Positions 32,095-41,529 are shown, numbered from the stretch's first letter. The stretch: 64,000 nucleotides of DNA from Phormidesmis sp. (GCA_965248535.1 CBDFJR010000002.1:256001-320000); one strand, 5' to 3'. Program-made: numbers and translations. Notes: generated by a model not told the origin, from the letters alone.

Positions 32095-33050
32095 ATGGTC
32101 ACGAGTATCGTCACAGGCGCAGCAGGATTCATCGGCTCTCACTTAGTAGACACCCTGCTGAGTCAAGGAGAACACGTCATCGGCGTTGACCAGTTCAACG
32201 ACTACTATGACCCCTTGCTGAAATGGAAAAATGTTTCAGGCTTCATGCAGCACCCAAATTTCAAGCTGATCGAAGCCGATATTCAGATTCTCGATTGGCA
32301 AGCTCTCTTAGCCGATGTTGAGGTCGTTTATCATCAGGCGGCTCAAGCCGGAGTGCGGGCAAGTTGGGGAGCCGGGTTTCGTTCCTACACTGAGCGAAAT
32401 ATTAATGCGACGCAGGTGATTTTAGAAGCTGCTAAAGATGCCCCGCACCTGAAGCGATTTGTTTATGCGTCAACGTCATCGGTCTATGGCAACGCCGAAA
32501 CGCTGCCGACCTCTGAGACGATCGCACCTCAGCCCGTCTCGCCCTATGGCATCACTAAACTGGCAACCGAGCGACTGTGTGATCTTTATCATCACAACTT
32601 TGGGGTTCCGGTCTGCTCGTTGCGTTACTTCACCGTTTATGGCCCGCGCCAGCGCCCTGACATGGGCTTTCATAAATTCTTTAAGGCAGTGCTAGACGAT
32701 CGTCCGATTACGATCTATGGCGACGGACAGCAAACCAGAGATTTTACGTTTGTTAGCGATGCGATCGCGGCTAATCTCGCTGCCGCAACCACCGAAGCCG
32801 CGAGCCCCGCGCTGAAATCTTTAACATCGGCGGCGGCAGTCGAGTTGTGCTCAAAGAAGTGATCGACACGATGGAAACGATCGTCGATCGTCCCATTCGG
32901 CGCGAACACATTGAGAGCGCTAGGGGCGATGCCCGACACACTGCCGCCGATGTCACTAAAGCGCGATCCATTCTCAACTATCAGCCCCAAATATCGCTAA
33001 CCGCAGGATTGATTCAAGAATGGGACTGGGTGAAAGGGCTTTATCGCTGA
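32095..33050 (+). pseudogene. NAD-dependent UDP-sugar epimerase/dehydratase, frameshifted near 32803-32813 (or sequencing error)
   Basis: TGAAGFIG, ASTSSVYG, YGITK, LRYFTVYGPRQRPDM in one frame; continuation EIFNIGGGSRVVL...GDARHTAAD...KGLYR* in another frame from 32811. Confidence 0.8.
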
Positions 33051-33054
33051 AGTT

Positions 33055-34041
33055 TTAGTTCCCTTGAAAAGCAGTGAATCGACCGCCCAACCCTTCCACG
33101 ATCGCTTGAGTGTTTGCCATCAACATTTTTTGATAGGTTTCGCCGTTGCTGCCGGGTTCACCCAATCCATCGGTCAAAAGTTCTTGCTTAGATACAGTCA
33201 CTTTTGCTTCTTGGGCAACGGTTTGAATCAACTGAGGATTGATGCTCACCTCAGCAAAAATAGTCGGGACTTTTGCAGCAGCAATCGAGTTAACTAATTC
33301 TTTGACTCGTGCGGCGGTCGGTTTTTCGTCAGTGTTAACACCTTGTAACGCGCCTTCGATCGGAATGTCGTAGGCTTTTGCATAGTAGCCCAAGGCATCG
33401 TGAGTAGTGACTAACTTGCGCGCAGTCGGAGGAATAGTGGCAATTTGAGCCTTGATCCAGCCGTCGATTTGGGTCAGTTGAGTGGCGATCGCTTGAGCAT
33501 TTTTGGCATAGAGATCGCCATTAGTGGGGATGAGTTTTGTCAGATTAGTTTGAATCACCTGGGTGATCTGCACGCCGTTTTTAGCATTGTGCCAAACGTG
33601 CGGGTCAGGTTCAGTTTTGCCATCTTCTTGAAAGATTTGAGGGGTCGGCACCGCAACTTCATCGACGGCGACTTTGATAGCAGGATTTGAACTAGCCTGA
33701 ATCAATTTAGTCAAACCTGGCTCAAAGTTATAGCCTCCATATAAGACGAGATTGGCTGTCTCGATCGCTTTGCGGTCATCGGGCGTAACTTGATAAACGT
33801 GCGCGTCGATTCCGGGGTTGATCAAACACGTCAAATGGAGGGTGTTGGCGGCAATTTGTCTCGTTAAATCGCACAGCACTGAGTTGGTGGCAACCACTTT
33901 TAGAGACTTGGCGGCACTTGGCGCAGCAGAACTTGCCGATGGAGTCGGGGAGCTAGTTTGATTGGCAGACGGTGTACAGCCCGTCAAACTGACGATCGCC
34001 CAGACAGAAACTACCCAAGGGTGACGAAAAAAGTCCATCAT
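33055..34041 (-). CDS. Zn/Mn ABC importer substrate-binding lipoprotein (cluster A-I, ZnuA/MntC-like)
   Basis: Lipobox LTGC, DAHVY, DPHVW, TTHDAL, FAE, TDGLG. Confidence 0.92.
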   Translation of the reverse strand: MMDFFRHPWVVSVWAIVSLTGCTPSANQTSSPTPSASSAAPSAAKSLKVVATNSVLCDLTRQIAANTLHLTCLINPGIDAHVYQVTPDDRKAIETANLVLYGGYNFEPGLTKLIQASSNPAIKVAVDEVAVPTPQIFQEDGKTEPDPHVWHNAKNGVQITQVIQTNLTKLIPTNGDLYAKNAQAIATQLTQIDGWIKAQIATIPPTARKLVTTHDALGYYAKAYDIPIEGALQGVNTDEKPTAARVKELVNSIAAAKVPTIFAEVSINPQLIQTVAQEAKVTVSKQELLTDGLGEPGSNGETYQKMLMANTQAIVEGLGGRFTAFQGN

Positions 34042-34079
34042 GATTTCTTAACGCCCGCAGGGAGCGATATAAGTCTATA

Positions 34080-34096
34080 ATGAGAATCATTTTCAT
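34080..34096. promoter_or_regulatory. Zur/Fur-family box between divergent metal-transport genes
   Basis: ATGAGAAT-C-ATTTTCAT, near-palindrome resembling the cyanobacterial Zur consensus TGATAAT-N-ATTATCA. Confidence 0.7.
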
Positions 34097-34112
34097 AGCG
34101 CAATGAATCTGT

Positions 34113-34859
34113 ATGTTAGAGGTTCAACATCTGGCTGTCAATTATCGGGGCGTTTGCGGGTTAGACCGCGTTAGCTTTCAGATTGAGCCGGGGCAACTGG
34201 TCGGCATCTTGGGCCCTAACGGAGCCGGGAAAAGCACCATGCTCAAAGCCATGCTGGGGTTGGTGCCTGTGTCAGGTGGTCGGGTCAGCTATTGCACCTG
34301 CCCGCTACATCAACAGCTAGAGCGAGTGGCTTATGTGCCGCAGCGATCGCAGATCGATTGGGATTATCCGATCACGGTTTGGCATGTGGTGATGATGGCC
34401 CGAACTCGACAGCTAGGCTGGTTTCACAGACCAGGGCGGGCTGCTCAAGCGATCGTGCAAGCGGCGCTCGATCGGGTTGAGATCAGCCACCTCAAGCATC
34501 GTCGCATTGGAGAACTTTCGGGAGGTCAACAGCAGCGCGTCTTTTTGGCTCGTGCTCTGGCGCAGCAGGCAGATGTTTTTTTGTTTGATGAGCCGTTTGC
34601 TGGGGTAGACAAGAAAACAGAAGCAATTATTTTAGAGGTGTTTGAGGAGCTACGATCGCACGCCAAGATTTTGCTGGTGAGCAATCACGACTGGGGACAG
34701 TCTTTAACTCGGCTCGATCGCCTACTGCTGCTCAATCAGCGATTGATTGCTGATGGCTCACCCCAAGATGTGATGACTCGTGAAAACTTGCAGTGCGCCT
34801 ATGGCGGGAGCTTGCAAACTCCGCTTTATGAGAACTTGGATGCAGATCTGTTTTGCTGA
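34113..34859 (+). CDS. Zn/Mn ABC importer ATP-binding protein
   Basis: GPNGAGKST, YVPQR, LSGGQQQR, FDEPFAGVD. Confidence 0.93.
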   Translation: MLEVQHLAVNYRGVCGLDRVSFQIEPGQLVGILGPNGAGKSTMLKAMLGLVPVSGGRVSYCTCPLHQQLERVAYVPQRSQIDWDYPITVWHVVMMARTRQLGWFHRPGRAAQAIVQAALDRVEISHLKHRRIGELSGGQQQRVFLARALAQQADVFLFDEPFAGVDKKTEAIILEVFEELRSHAKILLVSNHDWGQSLTRLDRLLLLNQRLIADGSPQDVMTRENLQCAYGGSLQTPLYENLDADLFC

Positions 34860-34877
34860 AAATTGCGTATTTTAGAA

Positions 34878-35765
34878 ATGCTAAATCTATTCACTGAGCC
34901 GTTGAGCTACGAGTTTGTGAGAAATGCGCTAGCGATTAGTATTTTGATTGGCGTTCTATGTCCCGTTGTAGGCAGCTATCTGATCGTACAGCGCATGGCT
35001 CTGTTGGGTGATGTGATTGCTCACTGCGTTTTACCCGGTATGTCTTTGTCATTCTTTTTTGGGGTCGACATTTTGATTGGTGCCTTTGGGTCAGGCATTC
35101 TCGGCTCGTTTTTGATTGGTTGGATTCGGTCTCAGTCTCGCGTTAAAGTTGATTCAGCAATGGCATTGACATTTTCAACTTTTTTTGCGCTGGGAGTGAC
35201 GCTAATCACGGTGTTGAAGAACAAGATCGATTTGGATAGTTTTTTGTTTGGCGATGTCTTGGGCGTTACACCAACTGATATCTATCGAACGTTGACGATC
35301 GCGCTGATCATTCTCGTGGTGATTAGGCTGTTTTATAAAGAACTGTTGTTCTATACATTTGATCGCACAGGTGCTCAAGCGATCGGGCTTCCTGTCAATG
35401 CCATTCATTTTGGTTTTATGTCCGCCATTACGCTCACCGTAATCGCCAGCATGAAAGCAGTGGGTGTGATTCTAGTGATTTCACTATTAGTTGGGCCCGC
35501 CCTCACCGCTTATTTATTAGTTAAAGAACTCCATCACATGATGTTGCTAGGCTCTGCGATTGGCGTAGTCGTCAGCGTTGTAGGCGTTTATTTAAGCTAT
35601 TATCAGAATCTGCCATCGGGGCCTGCGATCGTGCTCGTTTCCTCAACCTTATTTTTGTTCACATTTCTTTTTAGCCCCAGTCAAGGGGTGCTGACGCGCC
35701 CCGATTCGGCTGGTCGATCGGCTCGGCTACTGCGGCGACTGGGATTTTTCAAACCCTCTGAGTGA
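34878..35765 (+). CDS. Zn/Mn ABC importer permease (ABC-3)
   Basis: QRMALLGDVIAH..LPG, FLFGDVLG, VGVILV.SLLV.PA, PSGPAIV. Confidence 0.93.
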   Translation: MLNLFTEPLSYEFVRNALAISILIGVLCPVVGSYLIVQRMALLGDVIAHCVLPGMSLSFFFGVDILIGAFGSGILGSFLIGWIRSQSRVKVDSAMALTFSTFFALGVTLITVLKNKIDLDSFLFGDVLGVTPTDIYRTLTIALIILVVIRLFYKELLFYTFDRTGAQAIGLPVNAIHFGFMSAITLTVIASMKAVGVILVISLLVGPALTAYLLVKELHHMMLLGSAIGVVVSVVGVYLSYYQNLPSGPAIVLVSSTLFLFTFLFSPSQGVLTRPDSAGRSARLLRRLGFFKPSE

Positions 35766-35784
35766 TCGCCCAACTGGTCTGCAA

Positions 35785-36063
35785 TTACTGGCTAGATTGC
35801 AGCATTTGCACCACAGCGACGCGACAGGAGGGACAATCACAGCGAAACTTCTCGATCGCTAAATCCCCGATCGTGTCAGAATCGGGATCAATCTTTTCGG
35901 CCTTTTCGGCTTGAAATGTGACCTCAAAAAGCGCTGGAGCAGACTGAACGACTGCACTATCAGACAGATCCGTGGGGGTGCCTGCCTGAGCAGTGTGACC
36001 CGTTGCCAACAAAACTGCTAGAGAGGTTGAGCAGCCCATCACGGTCAGCAGATTACGATTCAT
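35785..36063 (-). CDS. Small secreted protein with C-terminal CxCxxC motif
   Basis: Signal peptide ending AQA; FRCDCPSCR near the C-terminus. Confidence 0.75.
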   Translation of the reverse strand: MNRNLLTVMGCSTSLAVLLATGHTAQAGTPTDLSDSAVVQSAPALFEVTFQAEKAEKIDPDSDTIGDLAIEKFRCDCPSCRVAVVQMLQSSQ

Positions 36064-36160
36064 CGTGGATTGTTGTAAAGAATTGACTAAACTATAACGA
36101 ACGTTTGATAGATCGCAACCCTTTCGCGATCGTGCAACCAGGTTCTAAATTGCCCCCGCT

Positions 36161-37963
36161 ATGAATCCTTCCCATCGACCCGACGATAACCCGCTAATCT
36201 CACTGAGCCGCGTCTTAAAAAGCCTCAAGACCTATCGATTGGCGGCGATCGGTGCTCTCGCGAGTTTGCTGCTGCTGACGGTGGCTAATGCCATCACCCC
36301 ACAACTTTTTCGCTGGGGCATTGATCAGGGCATTACTCCAAAGAACTTGTCCATCGCGCTGCAAAGTGCGGGCTGGATGGTGGTCGCCGCGATCGCTCGT
36401 GGTTTGTTTAACTTCGGGCAGAGTTTTTGGGCAGAGGCCGCCTCTCAGGGCGTGGCCTACCAACTCCGCAATCAGATTTTTAGCAAAATTCAAAACCTCA
36501 GCTTTAGCTATCACGACCAAGCGCAAACTTCACAACTGCTTACCCGCGTCACCAGCGATGTCGAACAAATTCGCACCTTTGTTGGCACCAGTTTTATCCA
36601 AGTGTTGGGCGCGATCGTCACCCTAATCACGATCTCAACCATCCTGCTCGTGATGAATTGGCAACTAGCCCTGATTACGCTCACGGTGGTGCCGATCGCA
36701 GGCGGACTTCTAGCGCGATTTTTTAGTCAAAACAGCACCCTGTTTGGGCAAGTGCAAGAACAACTCGGTGACCTAAACGCAGTGCTGCAAGAAAATCTGC
36801 TAGGGGTGCGAGTCGTCAAAGCGTTTGTGAGAGAATCGGCCGAGCGATCGCGCTACACCACGCTCAACGATGAGCTAGTGACGGCGAATATGAAAACAAT
36901 TCGCGCCATTCGCGGCACCTTTCCGATCATCTTTTTATTGAGCAATTTAATCACCCTAGCAGTTGTTGGATATGGCGGCGCAGAAGTGATCCATCAACGG
37001 TTCTCGATCGGGGAACTCGTCGCGTTTAACTCCTATTTACTCTTCATTCTTCAACCCATTTTGCTGATCGGGTTTGCGGCCCCGGCGATCGCCCAAGCCG
37101 CCGCGTCAGCCGAGCGAGTCTATGAGGTCGTAGACACTGAAATTGATATTCGCGATCGTCCCGGTGCAGTTCCGTTTGAGCAGTGCGGCGGCAGAATCAC
37201 CTTTGAGAATGTCTCCTTTCGATATCCCGGTGCGACGATCGAGGCCCTGAGAGGAGTCTCGTTTGAAACTAAACCAAACGAACTGATTGCCATCCTCGGC
37301 ATGACAGGCTCTGGCAAAAGCACGATTATGAATCTGATTCCGCGCTTTTATGATGTGCGATCGGGTTCTGTGAGAATTGATGGGCGAGACGTGCGAGATT
37401 TTACGTTAGCGAGTCTACGATCGCGCATTGGCATCGTCTTTCAATCCACCACTTTATTCTCAGGCACCCTTCGCGAAAATATCGCTTATGCGGCTCCTGA
37501 TGCGCCCCTAGAACGAGTGATCGAGGTGGCAAAAACGGCGCAGATTCACGACTTTATTCACGAGTTGCCCGACGGCTACGACACGCTAGTGGGCGAACGC
37601 GGAGTCGGGTTGTCAGGAGGACAAAAGCAGCGCATCGCGATCGCCAGAACTCTATTAACCGATTACCGAATTCTGATTTTAGATGACAGCACATCGGCAG
37701 TCGATGCTCAAACGGCTTCGCAGATTCAAGCGGCGTTAGATGATCTGATGCGACGCAAAACCTGCACTGCTTTTGTGATCGCTCAACGCATTAGCACCGT
37801 GCAAAACGCCGATCGCATTCTGTTAATGGATAAAGGAAGATTGGTGGCTCAAGGCACCCATAATGAATTAATGGCAACAAGTCCGCTTTATGGAGCGATT
37901 TTAGAATCCCAGGTGAAGCGGTTAGTAGAACCGTCTGGTAATGTTCTAGACGTGTTGTTGTGA
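36161..37963 (+). CDS. ABC exporter half-transporter, degenerate-site subunit
   Basis: TMD plus GMTGSGKST and LSGGQKQR, but ILDDSTS (E to D) and IAQRIST (H to Q). Confidence 0.92.
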   Translation: MNPSHRPDDNPLISLSRVLKSLKTYRLAAIGALASLLLLTVANAITPQLFRWGIDQGITPKNLSIALQSAGWMVVAAIARGLFNFGQSFWAEAASQGVAYQLRNQIFSKIQNLSFSYHDQAQTSQLLTRVTSDVEQIRTFVGTSFIQVLGAIVTLITISTILLVMNWQLALITLTVVPIAGGLLARFFSQNSTLFGQVQEQLGDLNAVLQENLLGVRVVKAFVRESAERSRYTTLNDELVTANMKTIRAIRGTFPIIFLLSNLITLAVVGYGGAEVIHQRFSIGELVAFNSYLLFILQPILLIGFAAPAIAQAAASAERVYEVVDTEIDIRDRPGAVPFEQCGGRITFENVSFRYPGATIEALRGVSFETKPNELIAILGMTGSGKSTIMNLIPRFYDVRSGSVRIDGRDVRDFTLASLRSRIGIVFQSTTLFSGTLRENIAYAAPDAPLERVIEVAKTAQIHDFIHELPDGYDTLVGERGVGLSGGQKQRIAIARTLLTDYRILILDDSTSAVDAQTASQIQAALDDLMRRKTCTAFVIAQRISTVQNADRILLMDKGRLVAQGTHNELMATSPLYGAILESQVKRLVEPSGNVLDVLL

Positions 37964-38059
37964 GCTTGCAAATCTGGTGAATAGATGGGGCAATCCTTCA
38001 AGGCATTCCCTAGCATGGTACTAGAACCCATTCACTGCCCTAGTTGCGACAGATCTGAT
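37937..38059 (+). mobile_element. IS1-family remnant (left end plus InsA N-terminus)
   Basis: GGTAATGTTC terminal-repeat-like sequence at 37937; ATG at 38015 gives MVLEPIHCPSCDRSD (CxxC zinc-ribbon start), then resemblance is lost. Confidence 0.65.
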
Positions 38060-38281
38060 CGGGTTGATTCGGTCATCTTGTCTCATCTCGCCCAGCCAGC
38101 GAGCTACCCACACCGCAGAGCTTGCTAATCACAACTTCAACTCCAAGGCGAGTTCTCACTGCGTTCCTCTGGTTCTTTTGATGATCGACTTGTGACTATC
38201 AGTCTTATTCTACTATTGGCTTGTCTCAGATATTGGATTTTTTGAGGCGCGATCGAACGCTAAAAAAACTCTAAACCTGAG

Positions 38282-38311
38282 CCGATTGCTATAATACCGA
38301 TTGCTATGATA
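38282..38311 (+). repeat. 15-bp direct duplication containing extended -10 elements
   Basis: CCGATTGCTATAATA CCGATTGCTATGATA; TGnTATAAT and TGnTATGAT. Confidence 0.8.
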
Positions 38312-38496
38312 AATGAGATATTTGATACAAACTTAGTCTAGGGTTAATACTGAAAAAGTTCTGACGATCGTCGCGAAATATTGAACCAAATGAGCAGACT
38401 CTGGGGAAATCTATTTAAGACTAGACTCTGATGATCAACACATCTCTAAGACGCGATCTGTAGTCAATTGGAGTTTAAATTTCGGAGCTATCTATT

Positions 38497-39402
38497 GTGT
38501 CTACATCAATCAACTCTCGGCTACAGGAAAATTTTCAACACCATGACGGCATCTTTTTTCCTAAAGATTATGAGATTTTGAGCATTGCCAATCAAAAGCA
38601 GTTGTGGGACAAAATTGGCTCAGTTTATTATCAGACTCAAAAAGCTGAAGAACTGAGTCAAGATGATTTAAGAGCGATTGACTATCAGCAAATCACCGGA
38701 AAAATTGGGGGTCTTTGGAACCGATTTCCGCACGATCGTCACTTTGAAACGATTCTTGAAATTGGCTGTGGCTATGGCAGAGCCTCAATCAATCTCTCAA
38801 AAGGAAAGAATCTCTCCTGTTCTCAATATTATGGCATCGACATCTCAGAGCCTCTGCTGCGACGATTGCTTTATTTTAAGCAGGCCTATGATTTTTATCC
38901 ATCTGCAACGTTCAACTTAATTTGTAACTCAGCAGAAACCTTACCCTTGGCAGATGATTCGGTAGATCTGATTATTTCTAATGCGGTTTTGATGCACATT
39001 GAGAAAGAAAAAGTTGAAGCGCTGCTGCTAGAAACAGCTCGTGTGCTGAAGCCGGGCGGAGCCTTTGTGTTAAATAATTCTTTTCACAATCGCAATTGTC
39101 CTGGTCATATTTTGCGAAATCTTTCTAGGAAGGTTTTTCCATTTGGGGCTAACTCGATCTACTTAAATCAACAGACTTTAGCAGAAGTAGAGTCTCTTCT
39201 CAAAAATGCAAATATCGCCGAGAAATGCTCAAAAGTTGTGGTTGAGCCAAACCCACACTATGTGCTGTTGCCTGAAGAACTGGGTCGGTTTAGAGTGCCC
39301 TTGGCCAGCAGCATTAATCGCCGTCTAAAACCGTCAGCGGCTCAAAAAACCAGGCTTGCCTATAGCTTTAATGCTTATAGCGCAGGGGTTTTAGAGGCTT
39401 AG
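38497..39402 (+). CDS. Class I SAM-dependent methyltransferase
   Basis: ILEIGCGYG, GIDIS, SAETLPLADDSVDLI.SNAVLMH, RVLKPGG; GGAG upstream of GTG. Confidence 0.9.
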   Translation: MSTSINSRLQENFQHHDGIFFPKDYEILSIANQKQLWDKIGSVYYQTQKAEELSQDDLRAIDYQQITGKIGGLWNRFPHDRHFETILEIGCGYGRASINLSKGKNLSCSQYYGIDISEPLLRRLLYFKQAYDFYPSATFNLICNSAETLPLADDSVDLIISNAVLMHIEKEKVEALLLETARVLKPGGAFVLNNSFHNRNCPGHILRNLSRKVFPFGANSIYLNQQTLAEVESLLKNANIAEKCSKVVVEPNPHYVLLPEELGRFRVPLASSINRRLKPSAAQKTRLAYSFNAYSAGVLEA

Positions 39403-39426
39403 ATCTACAGTCCGGGTGAATCATCA

Positions 39427-41529
39427 TTATGAAGTCGGTTGCTTGGAGTGGATGGGGATCTCAATCCAAAATTCTGTGCCGCGTCCGGGTTGAGAAAAGC
39501 ACTTAAACACGCCGCCATGTTTTTCGACGATGATTTCGCGGCTGATTGAGAGACCCATGCCCGTGCCCTTGCCGATCGGCTTGGTGGTAAAGAATGTTTC
39601 AAACACTCTATCTTTCACGTCTTCAGGAATGCCAGGGCCGTTGTCGCTAATGCAGACCACGACGTGATCGTTTTCTAGCCGCTCAGTCTGAATTGAGATA
39701 GTAGGGGCACTTTGAGTCTCTATATGTTCTTCTAACGCGTCGATCGCGTTACTGAGCACGTTCATAAACACTTGGTTGAGTTGCCCGGCATAGCACTCTA
39801 CGATCGGGAGATCGCCATAGTTTTTAACGAGCTTAATATCATAGTGATCTGATTTTGCTTTGAGACGGTGCTGCAAAATCAGCAAGGTGCTGTCGAGTCC
39901 TTCGTGCAGGTTGACGGGCTTCATCTCGGCTTGATCAAGGCGAGAAAAGTTTCTGAGCGACAGCACGATTTGACGAATTCGATCGGCTCCTACTTTCATT
40001 GATGCAAGGGTTTTGGGCAAATCTTCGGTGAGAAAGTCGATGTCTATCGCGTCTGCCTGTTCAGCTATTTCAGGGCTGGGGTGGGGATAGCAAGCTTGAT
40101 AGGTTTTTACCAGGGTGAGCAGGTCACGGGCATATTCACTCACATGGTTGAGGTTGCCATAAATAAAGTTGACCGGATTGTTGATTTCGTGAGCAACCCC
40201 TGTGACTAGCTCACCTAAACTCGACATTTTCTCGGTTTGAATCAACTGTCCCTGCGTCTTCCGCAAATTGTGAAATGCCTTAGAGAGTTGTGCAGTGGCC
40301 TGTTGCAGTTGCAGCGTGCGCTCAATCACCTGAGCCTCTAAACTGGCATTGAGAACGGATAGCTGCTGGTGCATCTCGTGTTGCTGAATGGCGGTTGCAA
40401 ACTGGTTGCCTAGGGCATGAGCTAGCTCAATGTCTTCAGGCAGCCACCTGTGAATCTGTTGGGTTATGCCTTGATTGCGAAAAATGCTCAGATATCCCAG
40501 CAGGTGGTGGCGATACCAGAGGGGCACCATCAAAATGCCCCGCACTGGCGTAGAGCTAAAGGCAGATTGCACGTCTTGAAAATCGGACTCTTGATAAAAA
40601 TCGTCGATCGCCCAAATTTGAGCCTCCCCTGATTGAAAGTGCTTTCGCCAAACGCTGCACTGCTCGATCAGATGATAGGGGGGCTGATCGGCAAAGTCAG
40701 GCTGAATGCCGTAGGTATAGAGCCGAATGTAGTTGCTCGGCACGTTAGAGCTTTTTAAGACAGGCGGGTTTTGCAAGTCTACAGGTTCGGCTTGAATCCA
40801 CAGTCTGCCGCCCGACCCTTGCAGCGTGGCGATCGTTTCTTCTAAAGCAGCTTGAAGCTCAATCTTAGACAACGAGTGCAGCAAACTAGAAATGCGATGA
40901 ATGGCCGCTTCTCGATTGGCCAGTTCTCGCACTTGGTGCTTGAGCTTAGATTGCCCGATGGCGATCGCCACTTGGTCAACTACAGACTGCACAGTTTGAA
41001 GCTCACTGTCTGAAATGTGATGGGGGTCGCAGTGGTGACAGACCCATAGACCCCAAAGCTGATCTTGACTGAGAATGGGTAAAACCAGCGACGACTGCAC
41101 GCCCATCTCACTGAATTGATGGAGATGATCAGGGTCTGCGGGGCGATATTGAATCGGCTCAAACCCAAACTCGTCAGTCTCTAAGCGACTTTGCCCACTT
41201 TGCCCAGAGGCGACATTGATGATCGATCTGACCTGCGACTCGATCATCAGTTCTCGCGCTTCGGTCGAAATTTCTTCGTCTGGGAAATTTGCGCCGAGCA
41301 GTGACGGTAAGCGATCGTCTCGAATCGATTCGGCAATCACCTGCCCGCTATGGTCGGCGCGAAACTGGTAGACGGCGACGCGATCGCTGCTCAAAAATTC
41401 ACCGACTTCGATCACGGTGGCTTTGAGAAGGTCGTCTAGATCGAGCGATCGCCGGATGCGATGGGTCAGGCGATGCAGGAGTTTGTCTGATGGGGGGCTA
41501 GTCAGGTCTAAAGTCGGCTCAAAGCTCAT
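39427..41529 (-). CDS. GAF-GAF sensor histidine kinase
   Basis: RIRRSLDL..DRVAVYQF..SGQVIAES GAF; second GAF; EKMSSLG..GVAHEINNP, QLNQVFMN..SNAIDA, DNGPGI, FTTKPIGKGTGMGL. Confidence 0.92.
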   Translation of the reverse strand: MSFEPTLDLTSPPSDKLLHRLTHRIRRSLDLDDLLKATVIEVGEFLSSDRVAVYQFRADHSGQVIAESIRDDRLPSLLGANFPDEEISTEARELMIESQVRSIINVASGQSGQSRLETDEFGFEPIQYRPADPDHLHQFSEMGVQSSLVLPILSQDQLWGLWVCHHCDPHHISDSELQTVQSVVDQVAIAIGQSKLKHQVRELANREAAIHRISSLLHSLSKIELQAALEETIATLQGSGGRLWIQAEPVDLQNPPVLKSSNVPSNYIRLYTYGIQPDFADQPPYHLIEQCSVWRKHFQSGEAQIWAIDDFYQESDFQDVQSAFSSTPVRGILMVPLWYRHHLLGYLSIFRNQGITQQIHRWLPEDIELAHALGNQFATAIQQHEMHQQLSVLNASLEAQVIERTLQLQQATAQLSKAFHNLRKTQGQLIQTEKMSSLGELVTGVAHEINNPVNFIYGNLNHVSEYARDLLTLVKTYQACYPHPSPEIAEQADAIDIDFLTEDLPKTLASMKVGADRIRQIVLSLRNFSRLDQAEMKPVNLHEGLDSTLLILQHRLKAKSDHYDIKLVKNYGDLPIVECYAGQLNQVFMNVLSNAIDALEEHIETQSAPTISIQTERLENDHVVVCISDNGPGIPEDVKDRVFETFFTTKPIGKGTGMGLSISREIIVEKHGGVFKCFSQPGRGTEFWIEIPIHSKQPTS

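Noticed and set aside
32847..33050. Separate 67-aa gene
   Set aside because: It is the out-of-frame C-terminus of the epimerase
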